This document shows positions 9,327 to 19,538 of a stretch of DNA of 64,000 nt, piece by piece. A program made the translations under genes and the position numbers. Numbering within the stretch: position 1 is the first letter of the stretch; each line of letters opens with the position of its first letter. The stretch spans positions 261 to 64,260 of the forward strand of contig SKVW01000018.1 of assembly GCA_007129255.1 (NCBI GenBank), written 5' to 3'. The stretch comes from Bacteroidales bacterium. GTDB taxonomy: Bacteria; Bacteroidota; Bacteroidia; Bacteroidales; UBA7960. The notes beneath the pieces were generated by a model that did not search any database, had not been told where the DNA came from, and saw nothing but the letters and a program-made list of their open reading frames with translations.

Positions 9327-10667
9327 TTACAGGTCGTAAACCGCTTTTTTAAACTGGTTTCCCCTGTCTTCAAAATTTTCAAACAAATCAAAACTTGCGC
9401 ATGCAGGCGATAGCAGAACCACATCTTCTTTGTCTGCGCACAAATAGGCCGCCTTTGCAGCGTCTTTGGCAGAGCGGGTTTCAATAATGGTATTTACAAT
9501 GCCGGAAAAGATTTTTTTGATCCTTTCATTGTCCTCTCCAAGACAAATAATTGCTTTCACTTTATTTTTAACCAGGTTCTCCAGCATAAAATAATCATTT
9601 CCCTTGTCCTGCCCACCGGCAATCCATATTACCGGACGGTTCATGGTTTCCAGGGCATACCAGGTTGCATTAACGTTGGTTGCCTTGCTGTCGTTAATAA
9701 ACTCAATACCCCTGACGGATCCCAGGGATTCCAGTCGGTGATCTACATTTTGAAAATCACTAAGGCTCTCTTTGATCACCTCTTTGCGCAGATCCATCAA
9801 GCGTGCGGCTATTCCGCCGGCCATGCTGTTGTAAATATTGTGCTTTCCGATTAATGCCAGTTCATGGATATCCATGTTAATCTCCTCAGTTTTTATATTG
9901 ATTCGTAATTTTTTTTCATTCTCCAGCCAGGCGCCTTCCTTAAACCTTTCTTTTAAGGAAAAGGGAATTAGCCGGGGACCTCCATCAAGGGAAGACAGCC
10001 GTTTTTTCAAGACAGGATCGTCATAACAATAGATGCAATAGTCTGTTTGTCTTTGATTTTGAAGTATGCGCAGCTTTGACTGCACATACTTTTCAAAATC
10101 ATGGTCATAGCGATCCAGGTGATCCGGGGTAATGTTTAAAAGCACCGAAATATCCGCCCTGAAATCAATCATTCCGTCCAGCTGAAAGCTGGAGATCTCC
10201 AGTACGTAAACATCCGGGTTTTGAGTGGCTACCTGCCAGGCAAAGCTTTTGCCGACATTACCGGCAACTTTCACATTCAACCCCGCTTTTTTCAGAATAT
10301 GCCCTGTTAGCAGGGTAGTGGTGGTTTTCCCATTACTTCCGGTAATGCAGATCCTTTTTGCATCCGTATACCTTGCTGCAAATTCAATCTCGGAAATTAC
10401 CGGGATGTTATTTTCCCTCAGCGCTTTTATAATAGGTGCTTTATCGGGGATCCCGGGGCTTTTTACCACTTCGTCGGCATTCAGGATCAGCTCATTGCTG
10501 TGCTGGGCTTCTTCCCATTGAATGTCATGATTTTTAAGAGCGTTTTTATATTGTTTTTTTATTGGGTTCAGATCCGAAACAAACACATCCAGGTTATTTT
10601 TGGCAGCCAGAATAGCAGCGCCTGTCCCGCTTTCCGCTGCTCCCAATATCACGATGCGTTTTGCCAT
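9327..10667 (-). CDS. murD: UDP-N-acetylmuramoylalanine--D-glutamate ligase
   Basis: An N-terminal Rossmann motif (IVILGAAESGTGAA) and the Mur ligase P-loop GSNGKTTT. dcw position. Confidence 0.93.
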   Translation of the reverse strand: MAKRIVILGAAESGTGAAILAAKNNLDVFVSDLNPIKKQYKNALKNHDIQWEEAQHSNELILNADEVVKSPGIPDKAPIIKALRENNIPVISEIEFAARYTDAKRICITGSNGKTTTTLLTGHILKKAGLNVKVAGNVGKSFAWQVATQNPDVYVLEISSFQLDGMIDFRADISVLLNITPDHLDRYDHDFEKYVQSKLRILQNQRQTDYCIYCYDDPVLKKRLSSLDGGPRLIPFSLKERFKEGAWLENEKKLRINIKTEEINMDIHELALIGKHNIYNSMAGGIAARLMDLRKEVIKESLSDFQNVDHRLESLGSVRGIEFINDSKATNVNATWYALETMNRPVIWIAGGQDKGNDYFMLENLVKNKVKAIICLGEDNERIKKIFSGIVNTIIETRSAKDAAKAAYLCADKEDVVLLSPACASFDLFENFEDRGNQFKKAVYDL

Positions 10668-10680
10668 ACGAATTCATATT

Positions 10681-11931
10681 TTATCTCAGTTTAAGGGTGA
10701 TCACCGAGAATACCGCAAGGATGATCCCGATGATAAAGAACCTTTGAACAATTTTTGCTTCGTGGTAACCCAGCATCTGGAAATGATGATGCAAAGGCGC
10801 CATTTTAAAAATCCTTTTTCCTTCCCCGAATTTTTTCCGGGTGTATTTAAACCAGGATACCTGCAATATCACCGAAAGACTTTCTACGAAAAATATTCCA
10901 CAAAGCACCGGTATCAGCAGCTCTTTGCGGATAACAATGGCAAACACGGCAATGATCCCCCCCAGTGACAGGCTTCCGGTATCTCCCATAAAAACCTGTG
11001 CCGGGTAGGAGTTGTACCATAGAAAACCGATACAGGCTCCCACAAAAGCAGCGATAAATACTACCAGTTCTCCGGTCATGGGTATGTACATGATATTGAG
11101 GTAATCGGCAAAAACGATGTTACCCGATACGTAGGCCAATATCCCGAGCGTTACCCCAATGATTGCTGAAGTTCCCGTAGCCAGACCATCCAGTCCATCG
11201 GTCATATTGGCACTGTTTGAAACTGCCGTAATGATCAATATTACGATGGGAATAAAGACCAGGAAAGCCCAGCGCTCATAACCCTCTCCCAGCCACCTCA
11301 GCAGCACCGCATAGTCAAACTCATTATCTTTGAAGAAAGGGATGGTGGTTTTGGTAGACTTCAAAGATTCCATTTCAAATGGTCCATTGGGGGGCACATC
11401 CATTTCCATTATTTCATCGGTGGTATGAAACTCCAGAGGGGTATCCGCTTTTTCCCTGATCACCACACCTTCATGGAAAAACAAAGTACCCCCGACAATA
11501 ATTCCCAGGGTAATTTGGCCTAAGATTTTGAATTTTCCATGCAAGCCTTTTTTATCTTTTCTGAATACCTTAATATAATCGTCTAAAAATCCGATGGCTC
11601 CCAGCCAGACGGTAGAGATCAGCATCAGAATGATATAAATGTTGTCGAGTTTGGCAAAAAGTAAAGTGGGAATTACGATTGCAGCGATAATGATGATCCC
11701 TCCCATGGTAGGGGTTCCCTGTTTTTTCATCTGCCCTTCCAGCCCCAGGTTCCTTACGGTTTCTCCTACCTGGTTTTTCTGTAACATCCGGATGATCCTT
11801 CTGCCGGAGATCATGGTGATAAAAAGCGAGAAGATTACCGCCATCCCTGCACGAAAGGATATAAACTGAAATACCCCTGCACCGGGCAGGTCAAAGGTTT
11901 TATCCAGATATTCAAACAGATAATAAAACAT
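10681..11931 (-). CDS. mraY: Phospho-N-acetylmuramoyl-pentapeptide transferase
   Basis: Polytopic membrane protein with [13 protein letters not shown] and [12 protein letters not shown] motifs. Confidence 0.95.
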   Translation of the reverse strand: MFYYLFEYLDKTFDLPGAGVFQFISFRAGMAVIFSLFITMISGRRIIRMLQKNQVGETVRNLGLEGQMKKQGTPTMGGIIIIAAIVIPTLLFAKLDNIYIILMLISTVWLGAIGFLDDYIKVFRKDKKGLHGKFKILGQITLGIIVGGTLFFHEGVVIREKADTPLEFHTTDEIMEMDVPPNGPFEMESLKSTKTTIPFFKDNEFDYAVLLRWLGEGYERWAFLVFIPIVILIITAVSNSANMTDGLDGLATGTSAIIGVTLGILAYVSGNIVFADYLNIMYIPMTGELVVFIAAFVGACIGFLWYNSYPAQVFMGDTGSLSLGGIIAVFAIVIRKELLIPVLCGIFFVESLSVILQVSWFKYTRKKFGEGKRIFKMAPLHHHFQMLGYHEAKIVQRFFIIGIILAVFSVITLKLR

Positions 11932-11944
11932 TCCCTTTAGTTTT

Positions 11945-13399
11945 TCAGGTTAAGAATGATTTCAAAATTTCTTTATCATCAAATGGATGCTTCACTCCAT
12001 TGACTTCCTGGTATTTCTCATGTCCTTTGCCAGCCACCAGGATGATGTCTCCTTCGTTAGCCAGGGCACAGGCAGTGTTAATGGCTTCTTTTCGGTTTAT
12101 CACCGTTATGGTTTTCCTGATGCTTACCGGATCCAGCCCGGTTTTCATGTCGTCAATGATCTTTTCAGGATCTTCAAACCTGGGGTTGTCACTGGTCAGG
12201 ATCAGTTTGTCGCTGTATTCGGTTCCAATGGATGCCATTACCGGTCTTTTGGAGGTATCGCGGTTGCCGCCGCATCCCAGTATGGTAATGACTTTTTCTT
12301 TTCCGCTGCGGATTTCCTGGATTGTTTTTAAAACATTTTCTACGGCGTCGGGAGTATGCGCGTAGTCTATGATACCGGTGATGTTCTCTCTGCCTTTAAA
12401 ATAGTCAAAGCGGCCTTCTGCAGGCAAAGCACTGCTGAGCGCGGTGAGCAGTTCAAGTTTTTCTGCTCCAAGCAAGCGGGCTGTTGCATAAACGGCCAGT
12501 AGGTTATAGGCATTGAATGCGCCAACCAGTTTGCACCATACCTCTTTTCCGTCAATTTGCATATGCAGCCCGGCAAAGCTGTTTTCGATTACCTTACCCT
12601 TGTAATCGGCCATGGTATTCAGGCTGTAGGTTTTTTTGGCTGCTTTGGTGTTTTGCAGCATCACCCACCCGTTTTTATCGTCCAGGTTGGTAAGGGAAAA
12701 TGCATTGGCATCCAGGTTGTCAAAGAATCGTTTTTTTATGTTGAGGTATTCTTTGAAAGTTTTATGATAGTCCAAATGATCATGTGAGAGGTTGGTGAAT
12801 ACTCCGCCCTTAAATTCCAGGCCATCAATGCGCCTCTGCGCAATGGCATGAGAACTTACCTCCATAAAAGCAAATGCGCATCCGGCATCCACCATATCGT
12901 TCAAAAGCCTGTTGATTTGAACCGGGTCGGGGGTGGTATAAACGGCCTTTACCTCTTTTTCGGCGATGAGGTTTTTTACCGTAGAAATCAATCCGGTGGG
13001 GTGGCCTAATTTCTGGAACAACTCATGCAGAAGGGTTGCTACGGTTGTTTTGCCATTGGTTCCCGTAATGCCCACCAATTTCAGCTTACGGGAAGGATTG
13101 TCGAAAAAGTTTGCAGAGATCACACCCAGTGCCCGGGCGGGATCATTTACCTTGATATAAGTGATGTTTTCTTTGGTTTGCCCGGGCATCTCCCCGCAAA
13201 CAACGGCTTTGGCCCCGGCCTTTATGGCTTGGTCAATATACAAATGGCCATCGGTTGTTAGTCCCCTGACGGCAACAAACAACGCTCCTTTGGTTACCTT
13301 TCTTGAGTCAAACTCAACTGCACTTACTGGTATATCGGTGCTTCCGGTTATTTCAACCAGCCCTGCTTTGTATAATATGTCTCTCAGGTTTTTCACCAT
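11945..13399 (-). CDS. murE: UDP-N-acetylmuramoyl-L-alanyl-D-glutamate--2,6-diaminopimelate ligase
   Basis: Motifs [17 protein letters not shown] and [10 protein letters not shown]. Confidence 0.93.
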   Translation of the reverse strand: MVKNLRDILYKAGLVEITGSTDIPVSAVEFDSRKVTKGALFVAVRGLTTDGHLYIDQAIKAGAKAVVCGEMPGQTKENITYIKVNDPARALGVISANFFDNPSRKLKLVGITGTNGKTTVATLLHELFQKLGHPTGLISTVKNLIAEKEVKAVYTTPDPVQINRLLNDMVDAGCAFAFMEVSSHAIAQRRIDGLEFKGGVFTNLSHDHLDYHKTFKEYLNIKKRFFDNLDANAFSLTNLDDKNGWVMLQNTKAAKKTYSLNTMADYKGKVIENSFAGLHMQIDGKEVWCKLVGAFNAYNLLAVYATARLLGAEKLELLTALSSALPAEGRFDYFKGRENITGIIDYAHTPDAVENVLKTIQEIRSGKEKVITILGCGGNRDTSKRPVMASIGTEYSDKLILTSDNPRFEDPEKIIDDMKTGLDPVSIRKTITVINRKEAINTACALANEGDIILVAGKGHEKYQEVNGVKHPFDDKEILKSFLT

Positions 13400-13412
13400 T
13401 CAGTTTTATCCG

Positions 13413-15515
13413 TTAATTCAATTCAAGGTAAATTACACTTCCGGGATTAATTCTTAACCCGGGAGCAATACTTTGTCTGCGAACAATTCCCCTTCCGGTA
13501 AAGCGGACCCTCAATCCGGCATTTTCCAGCACAAACAAAGCGTCTTTCAGGCTCATTCCCACCACTTCCGGAATCAGGTTTTCGATAAACTCCCTTTGGC
13601 GAAAACTTACCGTATCGCTGCTGGCTCTTGCCGAACCCCATTGAGCCTGAATGGTATCTTTCTGCTGGCAATCAAAAGCCGAATAAATGGTTCGCAGGTC
13701 TTCCAGGTTTCCGTTTCTGAAGCTGGGGAGAAAAGCCATCAAGGGCTCATCTTCGGGTTTTTCCGGATAAAGAAGTTCGGTGGCGAATATTTTGTCTGCG
13801 ATTTCCCTGAAAGCCGGCGCAGCAACCTGCCCTCCGGTATAAACCCATCCTTTGGGGTTTTGAATCACCACGATTGCACTGTATCTGGGGTTTTCTGCAG
13901 GAAAGAATCCCGCAAAAGAAGCCCTGTAATTTATTCCTGTTTCTCGGCGATAGCCGAAACGGGTGTTGGCTACCTGGGCCGTACCCGTTTTCCCGGCTAT
14001 CTGGTAGCCATTGGTTCTGATATTTTGTGCGGTACCGTTTTCCACTACCCCGATCAGCATTTCCTTTACCATTTCCAGGGTAGCAGCGCTTGCTATGGAA
14101 CGGTTAATAACCTGTGGGGAAAAGTGCTTAATGGTTTTTCCGGTTTGGCGGACTTCCTGCACAAACATGGGTTTCATCATCCTTCCATCGTTGGCTACAG
14201 CGTTATATAATGTAAGGATCTGCAAAGGGGTTAGGGAAACTTCATATCCGATAGCCATCCACGGCAATGAAATCCCTGACCACCCCGGGCTGTTGACATC
14301 CCGTATCACGGGGATTCCTTCTCCCTGGATCTCAATCCCCAGTGGTTCGTGCAGGTTCATTGATTTTAACCGGTTAACAAACCTTTCGGGTTTGTCTTTA
14401 TAGGCATCATAGATGATGCTGGAAATCCCGATGTTGGAGGAAACCTCCAGGACTTCCCTGGCCGTGATGGTTCCGAAGCCCTCTTCGCGTGCATCTCTCA
14501 TGACCCTGTCAGCATAGGCTCTTTCGCCTTCACCCGTATGGATAAAATCATCGGGTTTAACAACCCCATCCTCAAGTGCCGCGAGCATTGAAGCCAGTTT
14601 AAATGTGGAACCGGGTTCTGTGCTTTCCCCAATGGCAAAATTGAAGGATTCTTCGTAATAACCATTTGGATTAAAAGTAAGATTGGAAATGGCCTTTATT
14701 TTTCCGGTGGCCACCTCCATAACCACGGCCGTGCCATAATCTGCATTGTATCTTGCAAGTTGCTTTCTCAGGGCACTTTCCGTAAAGTCCTGCATTCTGA
14801 CATTGATGGTGGTGATAATGTCTTTCCCGTTTTGCGGCTGAATCTCATTCTGGTCATTAATGGGCATCCAGTTTCCTCCGCTGGTGCGCTGCATTAATCT
14901 TTTTCCCTGTACACCTTCAAGATAATCGCGATACGCTCCTTCCAGCCCAACAAAAATTCCCTGGCGCTCATAGCCGATGGTGCGGGCAGCAAGGGTTCTG
15001 TAGGGCATTTCCCGGCGGGTATTTTCAATAACGATGAGCCCCCCGCGATATCTTCCCAGCCTGAATAGCGGAAATTCCCTGAGTTTGGTGAGCTGGTTGT
15101 AGGATACATTTCTTTTAACCAGGTAAAACCTTTCCTGGTTTCTTCGTGCATGGGCCAGTGCGTTGCGGTAGGCTGCGGGGCTTCTGTCGCCAAATAACCT
15201 GGAAAGGTGGTAAGCAAGGGAGTCCACGTTGCCAAAAAACACTTCATCGCTGGAAACCAAACTGCTTGCATCCAGTCTTATTTCGTAAATCGGGATGCTG
15301 GTTGCCAGCAACCTGCCGTCATCGGCACAAATATCCCCTCTTGCGGCATCAATGTTGTCGTAACGCATGGTTGAGCTTCTGGCCAGCTCCCGCCAGTGAT
15401 CCCCTTCCACTACCTGTATGTAAATAACCCTGAAAAGGATCAGGAAGGCAAAAATAGCCGTGACAAAATACACCAGGTGTACTCTCCACAATATGTCGCT
15501 TTTAATGTCTTTCAC
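13413..15515 (-). CDS. ftsI: Class B penicillin-binding protein (FtsI-type transpeptidase) with C-terminal PASTA domain
   Basis: It has an N-terminal TM helix, the transpeptidase motifs STFK, SSN and KTGT, and a C-terminal ~60 aa resembling PASTA (VVGMSLKDALFVLENAGLRVRFTGRG...). The start codon is GTG. Confidence 0.9.
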   Translation of the reverse strand: MKDIKSDILWRVHLVYFVTAIFAFLILFRVIYIQVVEGDHWRELARSSTMRYDNIDAARGDICADDGRLLATSIPIYEIRLDASSLVSSDEVFFGNVDSLAYHLSRLFGDRSPAAYRNALAHARRNQERFYLVKRNVSYNQLTKLREFPLFRLGRYRGGLIVIENTRREMPYRTLAARTIGYERQGIFVGLEGAYRDYLEGVQGKRLMQRTSGGNWMPINDQNEIQPQNGKDIITTINVRMQDFTESALRKQLARYNADYGTAVVMEVATGKIKAISNLTFNPNGYYEESFNFAIGESTEPGSTFKLASMLAALEDGVVKPDDFIHTGEGERAYADRVMRDAREEGFGTITAREVLEVSSNIGISSIIYDAYKDKPERFVNRLKSMNLHEPLGIEIQGEGIPVIRDVNSPGWSGISLPWMAIGYEVSLTPLQILTLYNAVANDGRMMKPMFVQEVRQTGKTIKHFSPQVINRSIASAATLEMVKEMLIGVVENGTAQNIRTNGYQIAGKTGTAQVANTRFGYRRETGINYRASFAGFFPAENPRYSAIVVIQNPKGWVYTGGQVAAPAFREIADKIFATELLYPEKPEDEPLMAFLPSFRNGNLEDLRTIYSAFDCQQKDTIQAQWGSARASSDTVSFRQREFIENLIPEVVGMSLKDALFVLENAGLRVRFTGRGIVRRQSIAPGLRINPGSVIYLELN

Positions 15516-15537
15516 TTTTTCAGGTTTTCAGTTTTAT

Positions 15538-15951
15538 TTAATTGTTTCCGTCAAACCAACGGGAGAAAAAGCCTTTGTTTTGGTTTTGATCGTAGACCTG
15601 CCTTGGGGGCACCGTTGATTCAACAAAACCCCGGCTATGCAACCTGCGGGCAATCTCAGACTGATTACTCAGGTACATCAGTTCCGATTTGGTGGTAATA
15701 TATCTTACCCTCAGTTCCACGATTTCGTGCCGGATAACTTCCAGCTCCCTGGCTTGTTTTTCTGCATAATAAGTGTTGAAAATCAGGAAAAAAGCCAGGA
15801 ATGTCAGGTAAAGGAAAAAAGGCAGCATGGAGGCTACCTTGTTTTTGGTTAAAATGCTGCCATCAAGCATGGAGGCAAAAACCCTTGAAAAAGCATTGGG
15901 GTTGGCCTGTGCTTTTTGCTTTTTTGGACTTTTGATTTTATTTTTTGCCAT
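15538..15951 (-). CDS. FtsL-like small bitopic cell-division protein
   Basis: It has a basic N-terminus, one TM helix (ASMLPFFLYLTFLAFFLIFN), then a coiled-coil-like segment. It lies between rsmH and ftsI. The ATG at 15951 is preferred over the 16011 start, which lies inside rsmH. Confidence 0.6.
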   Translation of the reverse strand: MAKNKIKSPKKQKAQANPNAFSRVFASMLDGSILTKNKVASMLPFFLYLTFLAFFLIFNTYYAEKQARELEVIRHEIVELRVRYITTKSELMYLSNQSEIARRLHSRGFVESTVPPRQVYDQNQNKGFFSRWFDGNN

Positions 15952-16855
15952 TTTCTTTTTCCCTTTTTTCTGCGATCCTGAGTCGGGCGCTGCGTGCCCT
16001 TGGGTTTTCATTGATTTCCTGCGGAGCAGCCGTTTCCTGTTTTCCCACCGGCTCCAGTGGGGTTAGCGGGTTGCCAAAAAAATCCTTTTCCACCTCACCT
16101 TTGAAATTCCCGGACCTCATAAAATTTTTTACCAGCCGGTCCTCCAGTGAGTGGTAAGAAATTACCGCCAGCCTGCCTCCTGGCTTAAGGAGGTCGTTGC
16201 TCTGCTCCAGAAATTCTTTAAGGGCTTCCAGCTCCTGATTCACTTCAATGCGCAGGGCCTGGAAAACCTGTGCAAAAAACTTATTTTCTTTCCCCCTGGG
16301 TGCCACTTTCTTAAGAATGGCCATTAGATCGGCAGTTGTTTCAATTTTTTTTTCCTGCCTTTCTTTTTCTATGATACCGGCAATTTTCCTTGCATTCTTC
16401 AATTCTCCGAAAAAGTAGAATACCCTGGCCAATTTTTCCTGTTCATATTCATTGATGACCTCCTTTGCAGAAACCGTTGCCAGTTGGTTCATCCGCATAT
16501 CCAGCGGCCCCTCGAACCGGGTTGAAAAACCCCTTTCTGCTTCATCAATCTGGTGGGAAGAAACACCCAGGTCGGCCAAAATCCCATCAACCTCTGTTAC
16601 CCCGTATAACTTCAGGAAATTCCGCATATACCTGAAGTTGTGATTCAGAAAGATAAAGCGCTGGTCATCCGGTACATTTTTTTCTGCCTCCCGGTCCTGA
16701 TCAAAACCAAATAACTTTCCTTCCTGCAGCCGGTCCAGGATGGCCCGGCTGTGACCTCCCCCGCCAAAGGTGGCGTCAACATATACTCCGTCAGGCTTAA
16801 CGGACAATTTTTTAACAGCCTGCTCAAGCAAAACAGGTTTATGGTACATCATCAC
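15938..16855 (-). CDS. rsmH: 16S rRNA (cytosine1402-N4)-methyltransferase
   Basis: Motifs YHKPVLL, DATFGGGGHS, DLGVSSHQID and SYHSLEDR. It follows mraZ. Confidence 0.95.
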   Translation of the reverse strand: MMMYHKPVLLEQAVKKLSVKPDGVYVDATFGGGGHSRAILDRLQEGKLFGFDQDREAEKNVPDDQRFIFLNHNFRYMRNFLKLYGVTEVDGILADLGVSSHQIDEAERGFSTRFEGPLDMRMNQLATVSAKEVINEYEQEKLARVFYFFGELKNARKIAGIIEKERQEKKIETTADLMAILKKVAPRGKENKFFAQVFQALRIEVNQELEALKEFLEQSNDLLKPGGRLAVISYHSLEDRLVKNFMRSGNFKGEVEKDFFGNPLTPLEPVGKQETAAPQEINENPRARSARLRIAEKREKENGKK

Positions 16856-17315
16856 CTCCTGGTGTGTTGTTTATTTTTCCCATTACCTCTTCAGCCAGGG
16901 AAGAAAAGTCTTCCGGCTCATTTTGCATCATGTTTTCGTATTCCTCCCGGGCCCATAGTTCAATTCTCTGACCATAGGCAAAAAGAACGATCTCTTTCTC
17001 AACCCCTGCATAATCCAGTAAAGTTTTGGGCATAAGCATCCTGCCGGCCGAATCAACCATCAATTCGGTTGCTCCGCGAAAAAAATACCGCACAAACTCA
17101 CGATTTTTTTTGTTATACAGGTTGAGTGAATTAATTTCACGGGATATTTTCAACCATTCACTCTGTGGGTAGAGGGTTAGGTTTTTTTCAAAACCGCGGT
17201 TGATGACAAAGCGCTCATGGTCGCCGGGATCGAGCTGTTTTTTTAAGCCCGATGGCAACATAAAACGGCCTTTGCTGTCGACCTTACAATCAAATTCACC
17301 TAGCAAGTGCGTCAT
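16839..17315 (-). CDS. mraZ: Transcriptional regulator MraZ
   Basis: Two MraZ half-domains (DSKGRFMLPSGL and DSAGRMLMPKTL) give about 158 aa from the ATG at 17315. The longer 17378 start (GTG) falls inside the upstream repeat array and is rejected. Confidence 0.93.
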   Translation of the reverse strand: MTHLLGEFDCKVDSKGRFMLPSGLKKQLDPGDHERFVINRGFEKNLTLYPQSEWLKISREINSLNLYNKKNREFVRYFFRGATELMVDSAGRMLMPKTLLDYAGVEKEIVLFAYGQRIELWAREEYENMMQNEPEDFSSLAEEVMGKINNTPGGDDVP

Positions 17316-17360
17316 GCTCTCTCCCACAATGTTGTTTTGGTTTGTAAATATAAAGATATT

Positions 17361-17411
17361 TTTACCACATTTTACCACTTTTTACCACTTTGTTGATAAC
17401 TTTTGTGGTGG
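17361..17411 (-). promoter_or_regulatory. Candidate MraZ operator: three phased direct repeats plus one inverted copy
   Basis: TTTACCAC (minus strand GTGGTAAA) starts at 17361, 17371 and 17381, exactly 10 bp apart and 46-73 nt upstream of the mraZ ATG. GTGGTG occurs in the opposite orientation at 17405-17410. Confidence 0.6.
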
Positions 17412-17638
17412 AAATGGGAGTTTATTTCGACCTGTCAAGGTTAAAGTATTGATTATCAATTGTTAAAAAATCTTAATAAAGGAGTGACTTTTCATGCATT
17501 TTTTGGATGGATTTTATCACTTTTCAATGAATAAAAGGTTTGAGAATAATATTTAATTTTGTTACTGAAAAGGCGTGTTTTCCCCCGGATCAATAATCCA
17601 GGAATTGGGTGATTTTTTAAGGGGTCAATATTTTACAT

Positions 17639-18508
17639 ATGGATCAAACGGGAACAGAAACCATTAAAGAAAACAATCAGGACTTTATTGATATTGATGA
17701 GGTCATCAAAAAGAAAAGCACGACTCTTTACCGGCTTACTCCCGGCTTTTTGATCCGTTATCTGAAGCGGATTGTTCACCAGGATGAGGTTAACCAGGTG
17801 CTTGAACTGTATCAGGATAAAATGGGGCTTGATTTTATCGAATCCTTGCTCACGGAAAAATTTCCTGCAGAAATTGAGGTAAAAAACCCGGAGTACATAC
17901 CGGAAAAAGGGCGTTACATTATTGCTTCCAATCATCCACTGGGAGGGTTTGACGGCCTGGCCCTGATGCATGTGGTTGGAAAAAAGCGAAAGGACATCAA
18001 GTTCATTGTCAATGACATTTTGTTGGAGCTAAAAAACCTGAAGGATCTTTTTGTACCTGTCAACAAGCATGGCAGGAACACCCAGGAGTCAGTAAAGCTC
18101 ATTGATTCTTTGTATAAATCAGACCAGTTGGTGCTGGTATTTCCTGCCGGGTTGGTTTCACGCCGACAGAGCGGGAGGATAGAAGACCTGGAGTGGAAAA
18201 AGAGTTTTATTTCCAAAGCCATTAAATATCAGCGGGATATCATACCGGTTCATATGCAGGGTAGAAATTCAGATTTTTTCTACAACTTTGCCTTAATTCG
18301 CAAAAAGCTTGGAATAAAATTCAACATTGAGATGTTGTATCTGCCCGACGAAATGTTCAGGCAAAGGGAAAAGAAAATTGTGATTACTTTTGGCAAACCT
18401 ATTCCATATACTACTTTTACAAAGGAAAAGACGCACCATGAATGGGCACAGGAGGTTAAGTCTCACGTATACAGTTTACCGCAGGGTAATCTGGAGTTTA
18501 AGGTTTAA
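17639..18508 (+). CDS. PlsC-family lysolipid O-acyltransferase (GlsA/OlsA-like)
   Basis: An acyltransferase histidine block (SNHPLGGFDGLAL) and an FPAG block (LVFPAGLVSRR). It sits directly upstream of an OlsB-like N-acyltransferase gene. Confidence 0.7.
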   Translation: MDQTGTETIKENNQDFIDIDEVIKKKSTTLYRLTPGFLIRYLKRIVHQDEVNQVLELYQDKMGLDFIESLLTEKFPAEIEVKNPEYIPEKGRYIIASNHPLGGFDGLALMHVVGKKRKDIKFIVNDILLELKNLKDLFVPVNKHGRNTQESVKLIDSLYKSDQLVLVFPAGLVSRRQSGRIEDLEWKKSFISKAIKYQRDIIPVHMQGRNSDFFYNFALIRKKLGIKFNIEMLYLPDEMFRQREKKIVITFGKPIPYTTFTKEKTHHEWAQEVKSHVYSLPQGNLEFKV

Positions 18509-18535
18509 CGGGAAAGAAAAAGGAGAAAGTTTTCA

Positions 18536-19474
18536 ATGAAAGAAAAAGAAATAATACAACCTGTTGCAAGGGAACTCTTAAAGAAAGATCTTAGCGATGA
18601 TAAATTTCTTCGCCATACCCACAAGGGGCACAATGAAATTTATGTAATTGATGCGCACAATTCACCCGATGCGATGCGTGAGGTGGCGCGTTTGCGCGAG
18701 GTATCCTTTCGCCAGGCCGGGGGAGGTACCGGTAAGGAACTGGATATGGATGACTACGATACGGCCAGTCCTCCCTACCAGCAGCTTATTGTATGGGATC
18801 CCCAAGCCCAGGAAATAGTCGGGGGTTATAGGTATATTCTTTGCCGGGATGTGGAAAAGAATGCAAGGGGTATTCCCAAACTAGCCACGGCAGGCTTGTT
18901 TAATTTTTCCGCGGAGTTTATCAAAGACTATCTTCCAAACACCATTGAGCTTGGGAGATCCTTTGTTCAGCCCGCCTATCAGCCGTCAAGGGATAACCGC
19001 AAAAGTATTTATTCCTTGGATAATTTATGGGATGGATTGGGTGCTTTGGTGGTTGATTATCCTGAAATAAAATACTTTTTTGGGAAAGTTACCATGTATA
19101 CCCATTTTAATGCTTTTGCACGGGATCTGATCCTGTATTTCCTGCATCGTTTCTTCCCGGACAAGGATAACCTGGTTTATCCCATTGAACCTTTGCCTCT
19201 GAAGCATCCTGAAGAAGAACTGGAAAAAGTTTTCAAAGGAAACGATTATGAAAAGAACTTTAAGATCCTTTTCCAGGAAGTTAGAAAATGCAATGAGAAT
19301 ATCCCGCCTTTGATCAACTCTTATATGAGCCTGAGCCCTACCATGAAAACTTTTGGTACCGCTTTTAATGAATATTTTGGCGGAGTGGAGGAAACGGCCA
19401 TTTTAATAAATATCGATGATATTTATGAAAAAAAGAAAGAAAGGCACATCAAAACCTATGCTGGTAATAAATAG
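18536..19474 (+). CDS. GNAT-fold N-acyltransferase (OlsB/GlsB-like lipoamino-acid synthase)
   Basis: It is about 310 aa with the REVSFRQAGGGTGKELDMDDYD and ELGRSFVQP segments typical of the OlsB-like 'hemolysin-like' acyltransferase family. It is paired with a PlsC-family gene. Confidence 0.62.
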   Translation: MKEKEIIQPVARELLKKDLSDDKFLRHTHKGHNEIYVIDAHNSPDAMREVARLREVSFRQAGGGTGKELDMDDYDTASPPYQQLIVWDPQAQEIVGGYRYILCRDVEKNARGIPKLATAGLFNFSAEFIKDYLPNTIELGRSFVQPAYQPSRDNRKSIYSLDNLWDGLGALVVDYPEIKYFFGKVTMYTHFNAFARDLILYFLHRFFPDKDNLVYPIEPLPLKHPEEELEKVFKGNDYEKNFKILFQEVRKCNENIPPLINSYMSLSPTMKTFGTAFNEYFGGVEETAILINIDDIYEKKKERHIKTYAGNK

Positions 19475-19538
19475 AAACAGGGGTTGGTAAAGTTGAGCCG
19501 GGAGTTGCTAAAATTGTTTTTTTTATTTTATTCAGGAA

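Noticed and set aside
17448-17460. 6-1-6 palindrome ATTGAT-T-ATCAAT (loosely Fur-box-like) in the mraZ/acyltransferase divergent region.
   Set aside because: It is a short AT-rich palindrome expected by chance in AT-rich intergenic DNA. No iron-related gene lies nearby.
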